This document shows, in pieces, positions 28,673-39,257 of a stretch of 64,000 nt of DNA. Every line of letters begins with the position of its first letter. Position 1 is the first letter of the stretch. The DNA lies in NCBI GenBank assembly GCA_963836205.1, contig CAWIIV010000015.1:96001-160000 (forward strand). Reading direction: 5' to 3'. The notes under the pieces are model-generated. The model saw nothing but the letters and a program-made list of their open reading frames with translations. It ran no database searches and was not told where the DNA came from. The stretch comes from an uncultured Acidimicrobiia bacterium. GTDB taxonomy: Bacteria; Actinomycetota; Acidimicrobiia; Acidimicrobiales; AC-14. The translations under genes and the position numbers were made by a program.

Positions 28673-30073
28673 CTAGGCGCGTCCAAGGTCGATCTCTGTC
28701 CTGACGGTAAAAGGTTCCGATCGTTCTCCTATGTGTCCATCCATGTGCAAGTACACGTTTCCGGTGTGGCCGGGCCCGCCGCTTGGCTCCACCCAATCGA
28801 TGACCGCCTTGGAGAGACGGAACGATGCCACCTCGCCGTAGCGAATCTCACAGTCACCCTCGGCGATGACTTGAGCGTCACCCCGCGGCGGTTCACGCAA
28901 GTCTTCTAGCGCATGTGCCATAGCAAAGAGAACTGCGAGAACATGCGGGTCTTCTGTTGCGTAAGCATTGAGAGTCGAATCGCTAAGTGGACCGATCGGG
29001 AACTCGGCGTTTTCGGCGACTGGCCTTAGGACCTCCAACGCTGCTTGGTCTATAAGTTTGATGATGTTGTCGACCTTCAGCGGTGGTTCAGATAGACGAA
29101 TCCGTTCCGCTGCATCCCCTAACGATGCCACAGCAATGACAGATAGCTCGGCTTCAGTTATGTCGGCGAGGAGTTCGACCGCAAGCCCCTTCGACGGATC
29201 CCTATTTGCGAAGAAGGCCTTGTCCGACGTTACGAATAGTACTTCGTAGTCAGTTGCGAGTTCGAGCACGGCCAACCAGATCAGTGTGTCCTTGTACTGT
29301 TGGTTGTTCTCACCGTTGGGGGGCACCTTGTCGAGCACCCGCCGAAGCGCACTCTGCGCCTGCTTGAACGTGAATGGAACGCGCACCAGGAAGGGTTCCA
29401 GTTCTGTTAGTCGCAACGGAGCGGCGCCGACAAAATCACCCGTCGGTTGGGAGAACAGGTGCGGGGGCTGAGCGGACGACGTAGGCGGTCGAGCCCCGAC
29501 AGTTATGTCGGCGAGGAGTTCGACCGCAAGCCCCTTCGACGGATCCCTATTTGCGAAGAAGGCCTTGTCCGACGTTACGAATAGTACTTCGTAGTCAGTT
29601 GCGAGTTCGAGCACGGCCAACCAGATCAGTGTGTCCTTGTACTGTTGGTTGTTCTCACCGTTGGGGGGCACCTTGTCGAGCACCCGCCGAAGCGCACTCT
29701 GCGCCTGCTTGAACGTGAATGGAACGCGCACCAGGAAGGGTTCCAGTTCTGTTAGTCGCAACGGAGCGGCGCCGACAAAATCACCGTCGGTTGGGAGAAC
29801 AGGTGCGGGGGCTGAGCCCAAGAGACGACGTAGGCGGTCGAGCCCCGACAGAACCCCTTCGCGCGCCTTCCGACCCTCGCTCACGGCGTGAAGCTTGAGT
29901 TCCTCCTCGACGACGTAGGGAAGGCCGAGGACTCCACCCTGTTGCCGTAGCGAGTAGAGGACCGCGGCGGCCGTCGCCGATCGAAGCATGAGATGGGAAA
30001 GCCATTGGTTGGTGTCCAAGACGAGGCACAGTCGCTTGACCCCTACATCATCCGTCGGAACGGTTTCCGGCAT
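28673..30073 (-). CDS. PIN-like (DUF4935-type) nuclease-domain protein with internal duplication
   Basis: LVLDTN, VEEEL, YKDTLIW, FVTSDKAF; a ~95-aa block is present twice. Confidence 0.75.
   Translation of the reverse strand: MPETVPTDDVGVKRLCLVLDTNQWLSHLMLRSATAAAVLYSLRQQGGVLGLPYVVEEELKLHAVSEGRKAREGVLSGLDRLRRLLGSAPAPVLPTDGDFVGAAPLRLTELEPFLVRVPFTFKQAQSALRRVLDKVPPNGENNQQYKDTLIWLAVLELATDYEVLFVTSDKAFFANRDPSKGLAVELLADITVGARPPTSSAQPPHLFSQPTGDFVGAAPLRLTELEPFLVRVPFTFKQAQSALRRVLDKVPPNGENNQQYKDTLIWLAVLELATDYEVLFVTSDKAFFANRDPSKGLAVELLADITEAELSVIAVASLGDAAERIRLSEPPLKVDNIIKLIDQAALEVLRPVAENAEFPIGPLSDSTLNAYATEDPHVLAVLFAMAHALEDLREPPRGDAQVIAEGDCEIRYGEVASFRLSKAVIDWVEPSGGPGHTGNVYLHMDGHIGERSEPFTVRTEIDLGRA
29155..29851. 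repeat. ~345-bp tandem duplication inside the PIN gene
   Basis: cagttatgtcggcgaggag... begins at both 29155 and 29500; copies are identical apart from two small indels. Confidence 0.92.
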
Positions 30074-30543
30074 GCCTGCGCTTTCGCTTCCCTCCACATC
30101 GAGAGTCTGCCGTGTGTGATGTCGCCGCGCTCCTGAATGGCAGGATCCGTCCGGTTCGGCGTGTCCCGAAGCGTCCGTGCAGGTGGCCAGGCCGATGCCG
30201 GAGTGACGGTGCTGGCGGGGTTGTAGCCGAAGAACTGCTCGCAGAAGGCCCCGAGTCCGCGGATGGCCCGGGCGGGCCGGATGGACGGCCTGGTAGCGCC
30301 GATCGCGGACCTCTCCGCTGCTGGGACGCGCTACTGGGCGGGAGGTTCCACTCGGTACTCGGCCGATCTGCTTGAGATGGAGATCGATAGCGGGCACCGG
30401 TGGAGCGTCCAAGTAGAGTCTCCGACGGCTGCGCAACCGGGCACCGCCGTTCGGGCCACCGACAGCGAAGGTCGCGAAGGGGCAACCCGCACTCTTGGTT
30501 GCCCATCCCAACAGCGGCCGAGATTTTCGGCAAGCATAAGGGC

Positions 30544-31901
30544 ATGGGGCCAGCGAACACACCTGACCGGACCCCGGCCATCGATCAACCGGTGACGAGT
30601 TACCTAGCGCCCTGGGTAATTCGTAGGGCTTCGGTTGTTGTTACAATCGGAGCGGCGGCCGCGACGGTTGTGTTGGTTATCGCGCTCGTACACCCTGAGA
30701 TGTTCGTCACAGGACTTTCTGCACTCCTTCAGCCCAAGGAGCGTGCGGACATTCTGGCATCTGGCCGCGACTTCGGCCTAAAGCTGGCAGCAGGACTTGG
30801 GGCGGTTGCCGGCGCGATCTTGGCGTGGGGACGCCTTCGCTCGCCCACGAGGAGCGTAAGGTGGCGCGCCGCGTTCTTGCGGGCCAGCAAGCCACCATCG
30901 ACGCCCAACGTCTCACCTTAGATGTTGAGCGTTTCGCCGGAGCTGTAGATCAGATGGGGAGTGAGAGAGGTCCTTATGTCGTGCTCGGTGGACTCTACGC
31001 ACTTGAGGCGTTTGCCACTTCAGCCGTAACATATCAGAGTCAAATAACTGAGCTGTTGTCTGCGTTTGTGAGAGAGCAGGTACGAAACCGACCTCGCCGT
31101 CCACTAACAGTGATCGAAGTGGCAGCGCTTACGATTCTCGGCCGCAATCCCGCGTGGCAAGGAAGGATTGATCTGAACGGCGCGGACCTCGGCGGCGGGA
31201 ACTTCGGCAATATTGACTTCTCCGGCGCTAACTTTACCAGCGCCGATCTAACCGATGTCGAGCTAATAGGCGCCAGCTTAGTCGGCGTCGACTTCTCCTG
31301 CGCCAAGCTGGTCAGTGTCAATCTCGCCGACGCTATCCTAACCAATGCCGATTTCGTAGACGCCGACCTTAGCGGCGCCGTCCTGATTAACGCTGACCTC
31401 GCCGGTGCAACATTCGTGCACGCCAAACTCACCAATGGAAAGCTGGCGAACGCGAGGTTCGGGAATGCCACCTTCATGAGCGCTGACCTCACTGGTGCTC
31501 AACTCTCCAATGGTGTCCTTACGCATGCCACGCTCGAGGGCGCGATATTCACTCGCGCCGACCTTTCTCACGCCGACCTCACGGGCGCCTACCTCGATAG
31601 CACCGCCCTACGCGAAGCGACCCTTGTGAGCGCAGTCCTTGCCGACGCAGACCTGACCCGCGCTGACCTGACGAGGGCCAACCTAAGCCGCGCCAATCTC
31701 TCTGGTGCGAACCTTCACCGAGCCAATCTGACCCACGCTGACCTCACTCACGCTGACCTCACAAATGCTGATCTCAGCAACGCCGACGTGAGTGGAGCGG
31801 ACTTCACCGGCGCCATTCTGACCGATACCGACCTCGATGGCACAACCTGGAGATCCGAGCTAAGCCCGGTATGGCCGAATGGGTTCAAACCACGGCCGTG
31901 A
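30544..31901 (+). CDS. Membrane-anchored pentapeptide-repeat protein (frameshift near 30838)
   Basis: Two TM helices, ERF..AVDQMG...LGGLYALE linker, then long A(D/N)Lxx repeats. Confidence 0.85.
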
Positions 31902-31998
31902 GGAAAGCTCACGGGCCGACGCCCAGTACATCCCAGGCTGACCGGCATGGGTCGTCGCCGAGCCTCGTCGGGTCCGGCGACCAGGGCCGTGACCGAAA

Positions 31999-32112
31999 CG
32001 TGCCGTTGTTCGTCGCCGGGCGACTGACGTAACCGATCGAGAACGCCGCCCACGGAGCGATACCCGGCGCTGGGCAGGAGCGGGGCCGCGTCAGAATTCG
32101 GCAGTTCCTGTC
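31999..32112. repeat. Diverged ~113-bp repeat, copy B
   Basis: Aligns with 21044-21157. Confidence 0.75.
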
Positions 32113-32125
32113 GGGATGCAGCGCC

Positions 32126-35100
32126 TTACACACGACTCAACGGTTCTGTGGGGCTCGGCCTCGGCACGGTCATAACGACCGTCTTAATGGAGAGGCCGGC
32201 CGCGCTCAGTTCTATCGCCTGTTCCGACAGCACTTCCATCAAATGCACTGCCGTGGGTGCCTTGAGTCTGCTACGCCGGTAGTCACCCTGCGCCCAGAGT
32301 TCTGGCGGATACCAGCCGACGACAAATATGCCAACACCTGTCTGCGCTTCCGGTAGGTAACGATTGACAAGCTGATCCCGCTGGGCAGTCAGCAGATCCT
32401 TGTTCCACGGACACTTCACCTCGATGACGACGCGCAACCGCTCCGGCGTGGTATGCGACAAGGCGTCGGCCGGAACGTTGGCCTCGACGATGATGTCGGG
32501 TTTGTCGCCAGCTCCGTACGGGTTGGACGCCTTGATAAGCACTTCACGGTGGACAGCGAGCCCGCGTCCCTGCAGCCTCAGGTCCAACTCATGAGCGATG
32601 AACGCCGCAAGCGCCGCCTCCGGCTTTGGTCGCCACCGTTGATCACTCCCGCGGCCCGTCGGAACCCGATCCCAAAGGAACTCACCGGAACGGACCATCT
32701 CCTCGTTGATGGCCGACAGAGTCTCCTCGACGAGCCAACCGAGTTCCTCGGAACTGCGCACGAGACGACGTCTTACGTCCATAAGGAGCGCTTGAACACC
32801 TTCGGGTGGCGGCGGTAACCACACGGTCGCAAATAGGGCGATGCGTGCCCGGATGAGGTTGGATGTAACTACCGAGCGAAGCGGGAACAGGTCGTGCAAC
32901 TCCGCGAGGATACGAACGGATTCGTCTGTCCCGCGGTTGGCGACCGTGGTTAGGACGCCGTCTCGCATCCGGCGTGCCTGCTCATCCGGGGTGAAGAAGT
33001 GCGCGCCGATCGCCTCCCGATCGTCCTCGGGTGGGTATAGTTCGGCCAGCCAAACGTACAGACCTACAAGCTGGTGCTCATCCAAGTTCGCCGACAGCTT
33101 CACTTCCCGGTGTCCTGACGCGATAGTTGCTGCGACGCTCCTACCGAGTTTGGTGTCCCCCGAGATAAGTGGGAATAGCCGACGCCACGCCACCGGGACG
33201 ACTTCGAGCAGCACCTCGACTGCAGTCGCTGCCACGGGATGAGCGCGTTCATCCGTCGCCCGCCCCAACAGGTCGACGACGAGGTCCTCGGCCGCGTTGG
33301 CGTCGGTTCGAGCGAGGCGCTCGAACAGCATCTCCCAAGCAAACGATGCATTGGCCAGACTCTCACCGGGCTCGAATGAGCGAAACGGGTCACGTGCCTC
33401 GTCCTCGGTCGGGGAGGTCGGCGGACCAAGCAGCGCGTCGGTAAGTTCGTGCAGCAGCTCAAGCCAGGTAGCCAAGACAGTTGGTTCCGCGGAGGGGTCG
33501 ACCAGGCGGACTTCGGACGCCACGGAGCCGCGTCGCAATTCGCCTCGGACGTACCGTCCGAGAAGGGCCGCGAACCGGGAAGGGTCTGCTGCCAGGACAC
33601 GCCTGAGGAGAACGGCCTTGTGATCTGGATCACCAGTCCGAACCGGGACCGAGTTGTACCAGAGCACTGCCCCCGTCCACGACGCCAGGCGCGTAGAGGG
33701 GACGTCGTCAAGTTGGCCGAGCTCATCAAGAAGCCTCAGAGCGAGGTACCCCGCCCAGGCACGTTTGTCGTAGCGGTCCGTGCCAAGCCACTCGTCGGCA
33801 CGGTCGTTCTCCCTCAGCAGGTATGCATGGGCCGCCTGAGCTAGCCGCGCTGGCGCGTCAGCGCCGAGGGCGCCGACGCCCGGGAAATCGAGCAATCGAT
33901 CGTCACGGCGAAGAGGTCCGCGACTGAAGCCCGGTGGGAACTGCAGGTTCCACGCAAGCAGCCAGAACTCCGAGACGTCGCGCCTGCAGACACGGTCATA
34001 TAGTCGAGCCAAGTCTTCGCGCAGCCGCTCATCGTTGGCTGGGTCGACGTGGCGAACCCTGGGCCGCTGCTGCCGCTGGTGCCATTCTCGAAGTCGATTG
34101 GCCGTCTCGCCAGCGAGTGGCATCGCGTCGAAATAGGGCGCAAGGGCGTCCCAGTTGACGGTTCCCTGCTGTTGCCATGCGACCTCTATCGCGGCCGAGT
34201 CCAAGTAATCAAACAATTGGACCGCCACCTCGCCCATGGCAAGCGCGGACGAGCGATCGCCATCGGCTTCTAACTCGATCGCCCGGTCCAGGGCCCAGCC
34301 GAAGTCTTTTGCGTCAAGAAGCCGCGAGCGTGGCGGCGGGTCTCCGTCGTCACCCTCGACAGGCGGAAAGTGGGTATTCGCGCGCCAGGCGCGGATTAGT
34401 TTGAACGCATCGGCGCCGTCGAATCCACCATCCGTCGCTCGGGAACGGACGAGCGCGTCGGCCAATAGCCGTCGCTTCTTCGTTGCTGTTTCCGGATCGT
34501 GAGCATCAGATTCATCCAACCCGATCGGTAGGATCGGTTCCTGGAGTCGCTGGAATCGGAGCCAGAGGAGGCGAGCAACCAGTGGCAGGAGCCGTACCGG
34601 CTCTGCGTTCGACAGCGCACGGTCCACCAGTGCATCGATCAGCGTTACGTCAAGCAAGCCGAGCGGGATTTCGTCCTCGTCGATGTCCTCATCATCGTCG
34701 TCGGACGGCTGGTCAAGCTCAGTGGGATGCAGCGCAGCGGCGGCGGCCCACGTCAGCACCCCTTCCAGCTCATCTTCGGCCACACGGGCCGCGAAGTCAC
34801 GTAGGAACATCCAGTAGCTGCCGATCACGCTCCTCCGGCGGCGGGCTACGAGTAGCGGAAGGATTTCCTCGGTGGGTACGTACTGCGGCCAGAGGTCGTC
34901 AAGCAGGTTCCCCTTGAGTTCATCGTCAGGATCGTCGATCCGGGCATGGTCTCGTAAGCGCTGAAGAATCTCGCGCAGGCGCGCCGCCGCCGCTTCTGGG
35001 TCCCCAGCGAGAACCGCAGCGGCAGCCATCGACCGCATGTGCGAGTTCCACCCCGAACCCTCGACGATCTCTAGCAACCTGGCCGTGAGCTCGGCGGAGG

Positions 35101-36604
35101 TTGCATGGGCTGCCAATCGCAGTGCCAGTCGGCACTGGGCAAAATCCGGCCACTGGTTGGGCTGCACCGGATGCCCGTTGAGCACCGCAATCACCTGATC
35201 GGCTAGACCCGGGTGGGAAAGGCGGAGACTGCCAATCCAGGCCCGCTCGCCAAGCTCGAATTCATCGGCTTTCGACAGTAGCGACGCCGCAACGATCGAC
35301 CGCAGGTCATCAGACTCCATGTATGAGTCGTGACCGATCAAGCTCTGTGGGTCTGCCTCCGCGAGCCAGCGCCCGGTGCCGAGATCCATTGAAGCAAGCC
35401 AGGCGGCCGTCTCTCGCAACGGGACTGGCACCGTGCGGGTTCCGTCGGGCCCAGCAACGAGCAACAGCGCTTCCAGCTGGCGTTGGGGCAGCCGTCGGCG
35501 GTGCAAGTAACGGGCGGCTAGGAACGCTGCATGGGAGGCGTGGCCGAAGGTCCGGCGCGCCCCGCCGCTTGAGAACAACTGCGAGGCGAGCGTGTCGTGA
35601 ACGAGGCTGAGAGTCACACGAAATGGGCCCGACGCGGTTAGTTCGTCGCCATCGGAGACGACGCTCGCGCGGAGATCTGTTCTTGGCCTGATAGCTAGAT
35701 CGGGCCCCATGTACACGGCCCGACGGCCGCTAAGGAGCAGCACTGCTGCGATCCGCTCGGCGATTTCCATGCGCTGATCGACTGTGGACGGCCGGTCGTG
35801 CTCCGGATTGTGCTCGGCGAGCAGCTGTCTGACCCCGTTGGCGAACAGCCATTGCGCTCCGTGATCCAGGTTGCCTGTCTCGACGAAGGTCTGAACGAGG
35901 AGCTGAAGTGTGAGCGGGCTCGCTGCCAGGGATCCCGCACCCGCCTGTACCGCAAGCTCGATGAGACGCTCCCCGTCGATACCCGCGCTCGCCGCTAGCG
36001 CGACCGCTTCGGCCCGCCGGAGTGGCGCCAGATCGACGAGTAGATATGCCTTGAACGAGGCTTCCAGCACCTCGTGGAGATTCCGCGGTAAGTCTGCTGT
36101 CCGGCAGCCGATAATGAGTCGTAACGCCGAGGTGTCGCGGTCGGCGAGAGCGCTAAAGAGCCGCTGTGGAAGCCGCTGGACCATCGGGCTTTCGTCAAGG
36201 CCGTCGATTATCACCGTGATCTCTGGGAGCGATTCCGGATTGCCGGACTCGTGAAGAATCGCCTGGGGGAGGCCTCGGAGAATCGGGTGAATCTCCTCAG
36301 CAAAAGTGTTTGCATCGAGATCCGAGCCATCGCGCCACTGAAGAACGCCGTCCTTGCTACGGAGGTGTTGGGCGATCGCCCGCAGTGTCGTCGTCTTTCC
36401 AAGCCCTGGCTCGCCCAATACCACCAGCGCATTGGCCTGGGCCGCAGCGACCGGTGTCAGCAGGTCGCCCGGCCGCGCTCTGGCGATGGTCGATGCGACG
36501 GAGACGGCGGAGTCGAGGAATCCATCGGGATCGACGGGCGTCGGCAACTCGTCGTCGGATACAGCTCGGACCCGGCAAACGCGGTCAACCTCAAGTTCGA
36601 ACAC
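32126..36604 (-). CDS. Large NACHT/STAND NTPase with helical repeats and C-terminal PD-(D/E)xK-like nuclease
   Basis: Walker A GEPGLGKTT, Walker B VIIDGLDE, IIGCR; C-terminal KPDIIVE...VIEVK. Confidence 0.8.
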   Translation of the reverse strand: MFELEVDRVCRVRAVSDDELPTPVDPDGFLDSAVSVASTIARARPGDLLTPVAAAQANALVVLGEPGLGKTTTLRAIAQHLRSKDGVLQWRDGSDLDANTFAEEIHPILRGLPQAILHESGNPESLPEITVIIDGLDESPMVQRLPQRLFSALADRDTSALRLIIGCRTADLPRNLHEVLEASFKAYLLVDLAPLRRAEAVALAASAGIDGERLIELAVQAGAGSLAASPLTLQLLVQTFVETGNLDHGAQWLFANGVRQLLAEHNPEHDRPSTVDQRMEIAERIAAVLLLSGRRAVYMGPDLAIRPRTDLRASVVSDGDELTASGPFRVTLSLVHDTLASQLFSSGGARRTFGHASHAAFLAARYLHRRRLPQRQLEALLLVAGPDGTRTVPVPLRETAAWLASMDLGTGRWLAEADPQSLIGHDSYMESDDLRSIVAASLLSKADEFELGERAWIGSLRLSHPGLADQVIAVLNGHPVQPNQWPDFAQCRLALRLAAHATSAELTARLLEIVEGSGWNSHMRSMAAAAVLAGDPEAAAARLREILQRLRDHARIDDPDDELKGNLLDDLWPQYVPTEEILPLLVARRRRSVIGSYWMFLRDFAARVAEDELEGVLTWAAAAALHPTELDQPSDDDDEDIDEDEIPLGLLDVTLIDALVDRALSNAEPVRLLPLVARLLWLRFQRLQEPILPIGLDESDAHDPETATKKRRLLADALVRSRATDGGFDGADAFKLIRAWRANTHFPPVEGDDGDPPPRSRLLDAKDFGWALDRAIELEADGDRSSALAMGEVAVQLFDYLDSAAIEVAWQQQGTVNWDALAPYFDAMPLAGETANRLREWHQRQQRPRVRHVDPANDERLREDLARLYDRVCRRDVSEFWLLAWNLQFPPGFSRGPLRRDDRLLDFPGVGALGADAPARLAQAAHAYLLRENDRADEWLGTDRYDKRAWAGYLALRLLDELGQLDDVPSTRLASWTGAVLWYNSVPVRTGDPDHKAVLLRRVLAADPSRFAALLGRYVRGELRRGSVASEVRLVDPSAEPTVLATWLELLHELTDALLGPPTSPTEDEARDPFRSFEPGESLANASFAWEMLFERLARTDANAAEDLVVDLLGRATDERAHPVAATAVEVLLEVVPVAWRRLFPLISGDTKLGRSVAATIASGHREVKLSANLDEHQLVGLYVWLAELYPPEDDREAIGAHFFTPDEQARRMRDGVLTTVANRGTDESVRILAELHDLFPLRSVVTSNLIRARIALFATVWLPPPPEGVQALLMDVRRRLVRSSEELGWLVEETLSAINEEMVRSGEFLWDRVPTGRGSDQRWRPKPEAALAAFIAHELDLRLQGRGLAVHREVLIKASNPYGAGDKPDIIVEANVPADALSHTTPERLRVVIEVKCPWNKDLLTAQRDQLVNRYLPEAQTGVGIFVVGWYPPELWAQGDYRRSRLKAPTAVHLMEVLSEQAIELSAAGLSIKTVVMTVPRPSPTEPLSRV

Positions 36605-36891
36605 CGGTTACACGATCGCGCATGGACCAGTTGTCTGGCGGCGGGATTGCGCCTCCAGGTGGTGGCGGCCTACGTGGTTGACCGCGGCGTTCAAGGGCTC
36701 CTGCAGAGGTCCCGGCGCGGAGGATCGGTAACCGCGCCTCGGGCGTTGATGCCGTTCGCTGCCCAACGCCGGCTCGTGGCGGGAACCCGCATTCGCGTCA
36801 GGCAGATCGTGCTCCGACCAGTACGGAAGGGAGTGCCCAGGGTGATGCGTCCATGCGCACGACGAGTCGTCCATATGGCCGGTTTCACGAG

Positions 36892-38305
36892 TCATCGATT
36901 GAGTGCGTCACGACAGCGAACATTCATTTTGCCAGTCCAGTACATCACGGCGCCCGGGACGACATGAGAGATGAAGACTATTCCTATTACTATCTTCATG
37001 ACGCCAGATATAGATGAAAACAATGGCACAAATAGGGCCACTAGAGAGATTACTACGATCAGAACATACATGGGCAACATGAAATAGTTGTCAACGTTCC
37101 ACCCCACCAGGCCCATTCCCGGAACCACGCGTTTCTGGTAGACCGGCTCGCGAACAAATTCCTCCCAGTCGCGGAGCACTTCCTCCGCGGTGCCCTCAGT
37201 GCCTACATTGCTCCGGAGGATGATAAAATACCCGCGCTTTAGCGTAGCAAAAATGCAACCCCATGCGATCGTGAGATAAGTTACATTGAGTAGGAGGATC
37301 GCCAATGATAGGACAGCTGCAGGGGTAGTTCCGATATCCTTAGCCAACTTGTCAACCCCGTCCAGTGCAGCCAATGCCACGAGACCAAATAGAGCACCGA
37401 TGTACCCAAAGGACACCTGGAATGCCTCATCTTGGAAGTAATTGGCCTCGGCCTTGATAACATTCAGGCCGTCGTCACCCATCGTCGACCTCGGCTTGCG
37501 GATAGGATTGGTCCCATATTTGTCTATCCCGAATAGCAATCGACTGGGGTAGCGTTCCCATCTGTAACAGCCTCCGCCGAAGGGAACCGCGATTACGCGG
37601 ATCCCTGCCCAGAACACTACTTTGAGAGCAAACCAATAGGGGTTTTCGAGTTGGAAGCGGCGCCAGGAGGTCGCTACGATCGGGTCTCTGATGTACGTCA
37701 CTCGACCGATTCGTGCGATTCGCCGAAGAAAGTCAGCGTCCTCAGCAACAGCAAAATCCTCGCGGAACCCGCCGATCGCCTGAAAGGCACTCCGGCGTGC
37801 AATGATCAGCGACCCCAGCCCTTGCGCGATCCCTAGGCGGGCAAGGACCGAGATATAGCTGTCAGCGACGACGTAGCACGTCCGGACAAACCAGGTCCCG
37901 CCTATCGGAGCAAGCCTGTAATGGACCGCGACTACATCCGGCGAAGACAGCATGCGACGTGCAGCGCAGAAAACACCTTCATTTACTGGCGTGTCTGCAT
38001 CCATGAAGGCGATGTACGATCCACTGGAGACTTGAGCGCCGCGATTGCGACCGACGGCTGGGGTTCCACCAGCAACGACTCGGCATCCCATTCGTTCGGC
38101 GATCTCCCGCGTTCGCGTCAGTCGACGCATGGTCCGCTACGACCACTTCCGTTATATGGTCGGTCTTGAGGGAGGCAAATAGGGTCCTTTGTAGCCAGCC
38201 CTCCTCATTCCAGGTCGGGATTACTGCACTGATGGATTCTGTGTCGAGTTTGCACGCGGCGCAACAATGCCGTCGCCTGCACATCAGTGCGCCTTTATCG
38301 GTCAA
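36892..38305 (-). CDS. Glycosyltransferase family 2 (frameshift near 38120) read in-frame into a 4-TM membrane domain
   Basis: SAVIPTWNEE, VVADHASTD, GRNRGA, FMDAD, GGFREDF..AED; membrane part from ATG at 37482. Confidence 0.7.
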
Positions 38306-38732
38306 GGTTCGGGCCCGTTCTTCTGAACGGCTGTCTCCGCGGAAGAACCGGAGAGACAGCCAGGATCGAGAGTCACAAAACGCCCACTATTTCAGGCGAG
38401 CCCTCGGGACGTGGCATCGCTCTGCTCCTTGACCCGGCTTCAAGCGTGTCGCCCGGCGGTCAACTGAACGGCGATGTGTCGGCCATCGGATCACGGGGGG
38501 ACCGAGAAGTGCCGATCTCTCTCGGGTGGCCGGGACGACGAGATGTGTTCGAAGGCGGACGATATCGCTCCGGGGCGATCGCTAGCCACCCTGGACAACA
38601 GGCACGTCGGGGTGGTAGTCACCGTCCCCTGCCGCGTGCAGGCGCGGCACGTCGGGCGCGCGCTCCTGGGTCGTGGTCGTTGCCCTGAAGGGATTCCTTG
38701 CTGAATTCCGAGGCGGGTGGTCCGTTTGGGAC

Positions 38733-38916
38733 CATGGTCGGCTACGATCGCACCATGGTTCGCGTCGAACTTGATCGGGTCGAAGCGCTTGAACTGCTCG
38801 GGATGACGCTTGCGCACCTTAGTGACGCCGAGGCCAGGGGTGAGCTTTCCCCCCGAGTTCCGCTGCTGATGGCGGTCCGAGACAAGCTCGCACGCGCCCT
38901 TCGGGAGGAGCCATGA
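38733..38916 (+). CDS. Small hypothetical protein
   Basis: ~55-60 aa; ATGA overlap with the next gene, which has an RBS (ggagg). Confidence 0.5.
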
Positions 38917-39176
38917 GTTACACCGACGCACAGGTGTCGTCCGCAGTCTCGGCCATGGAGAAGTACCGAGGCGGCGAAACAGGTGAGGTTGGCGCTGCTC
39001 TCGCAGTCGTCGGCCTGAGCGCTGAACGCACGTCCAAGGAAGAGCGGATCCGCGACGACATGATCCGCGTCGCCCACCGCGCCGGAGCCTCACTTCGCCA
39101 GCTCGCGGAAGTGTCCGGCCTGGACCGCAAGACGGTGACGGCGATTGTCGCGGCCTCCGGTACCGCCGGCTCGTAG
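38913..39176 (+). CDS. Small HTH DNA-binding protein
   Basis: AHRAGASLRQLAEVSGLDRKTVTAIV. Confidence 0.7.
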   Translation: MSYTDAQVSSAVSAMEKYRGGETGEVGAALAVVGLSAERTSKEERIRDDMIRVAHRAGASLRQLAEVSGLDRKTVTAIVAASGTAGS

Positions 39177-39257
39177 TCGGGCCGACGTCACGGCCGCCCA
39201 ATGGCCGGCCGCGACCCCGCCGTGCGTTGGGCAGCGCTCACGGCCGCGGCCCCCTCG

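Noticed and set aside
21044-32112. attC sites of an integron
   Set aside because: No RYYYAAC/GTTRRRY boxes, no conserved hairpin, and no integron-integrase-specific features were seen in the recombinase.
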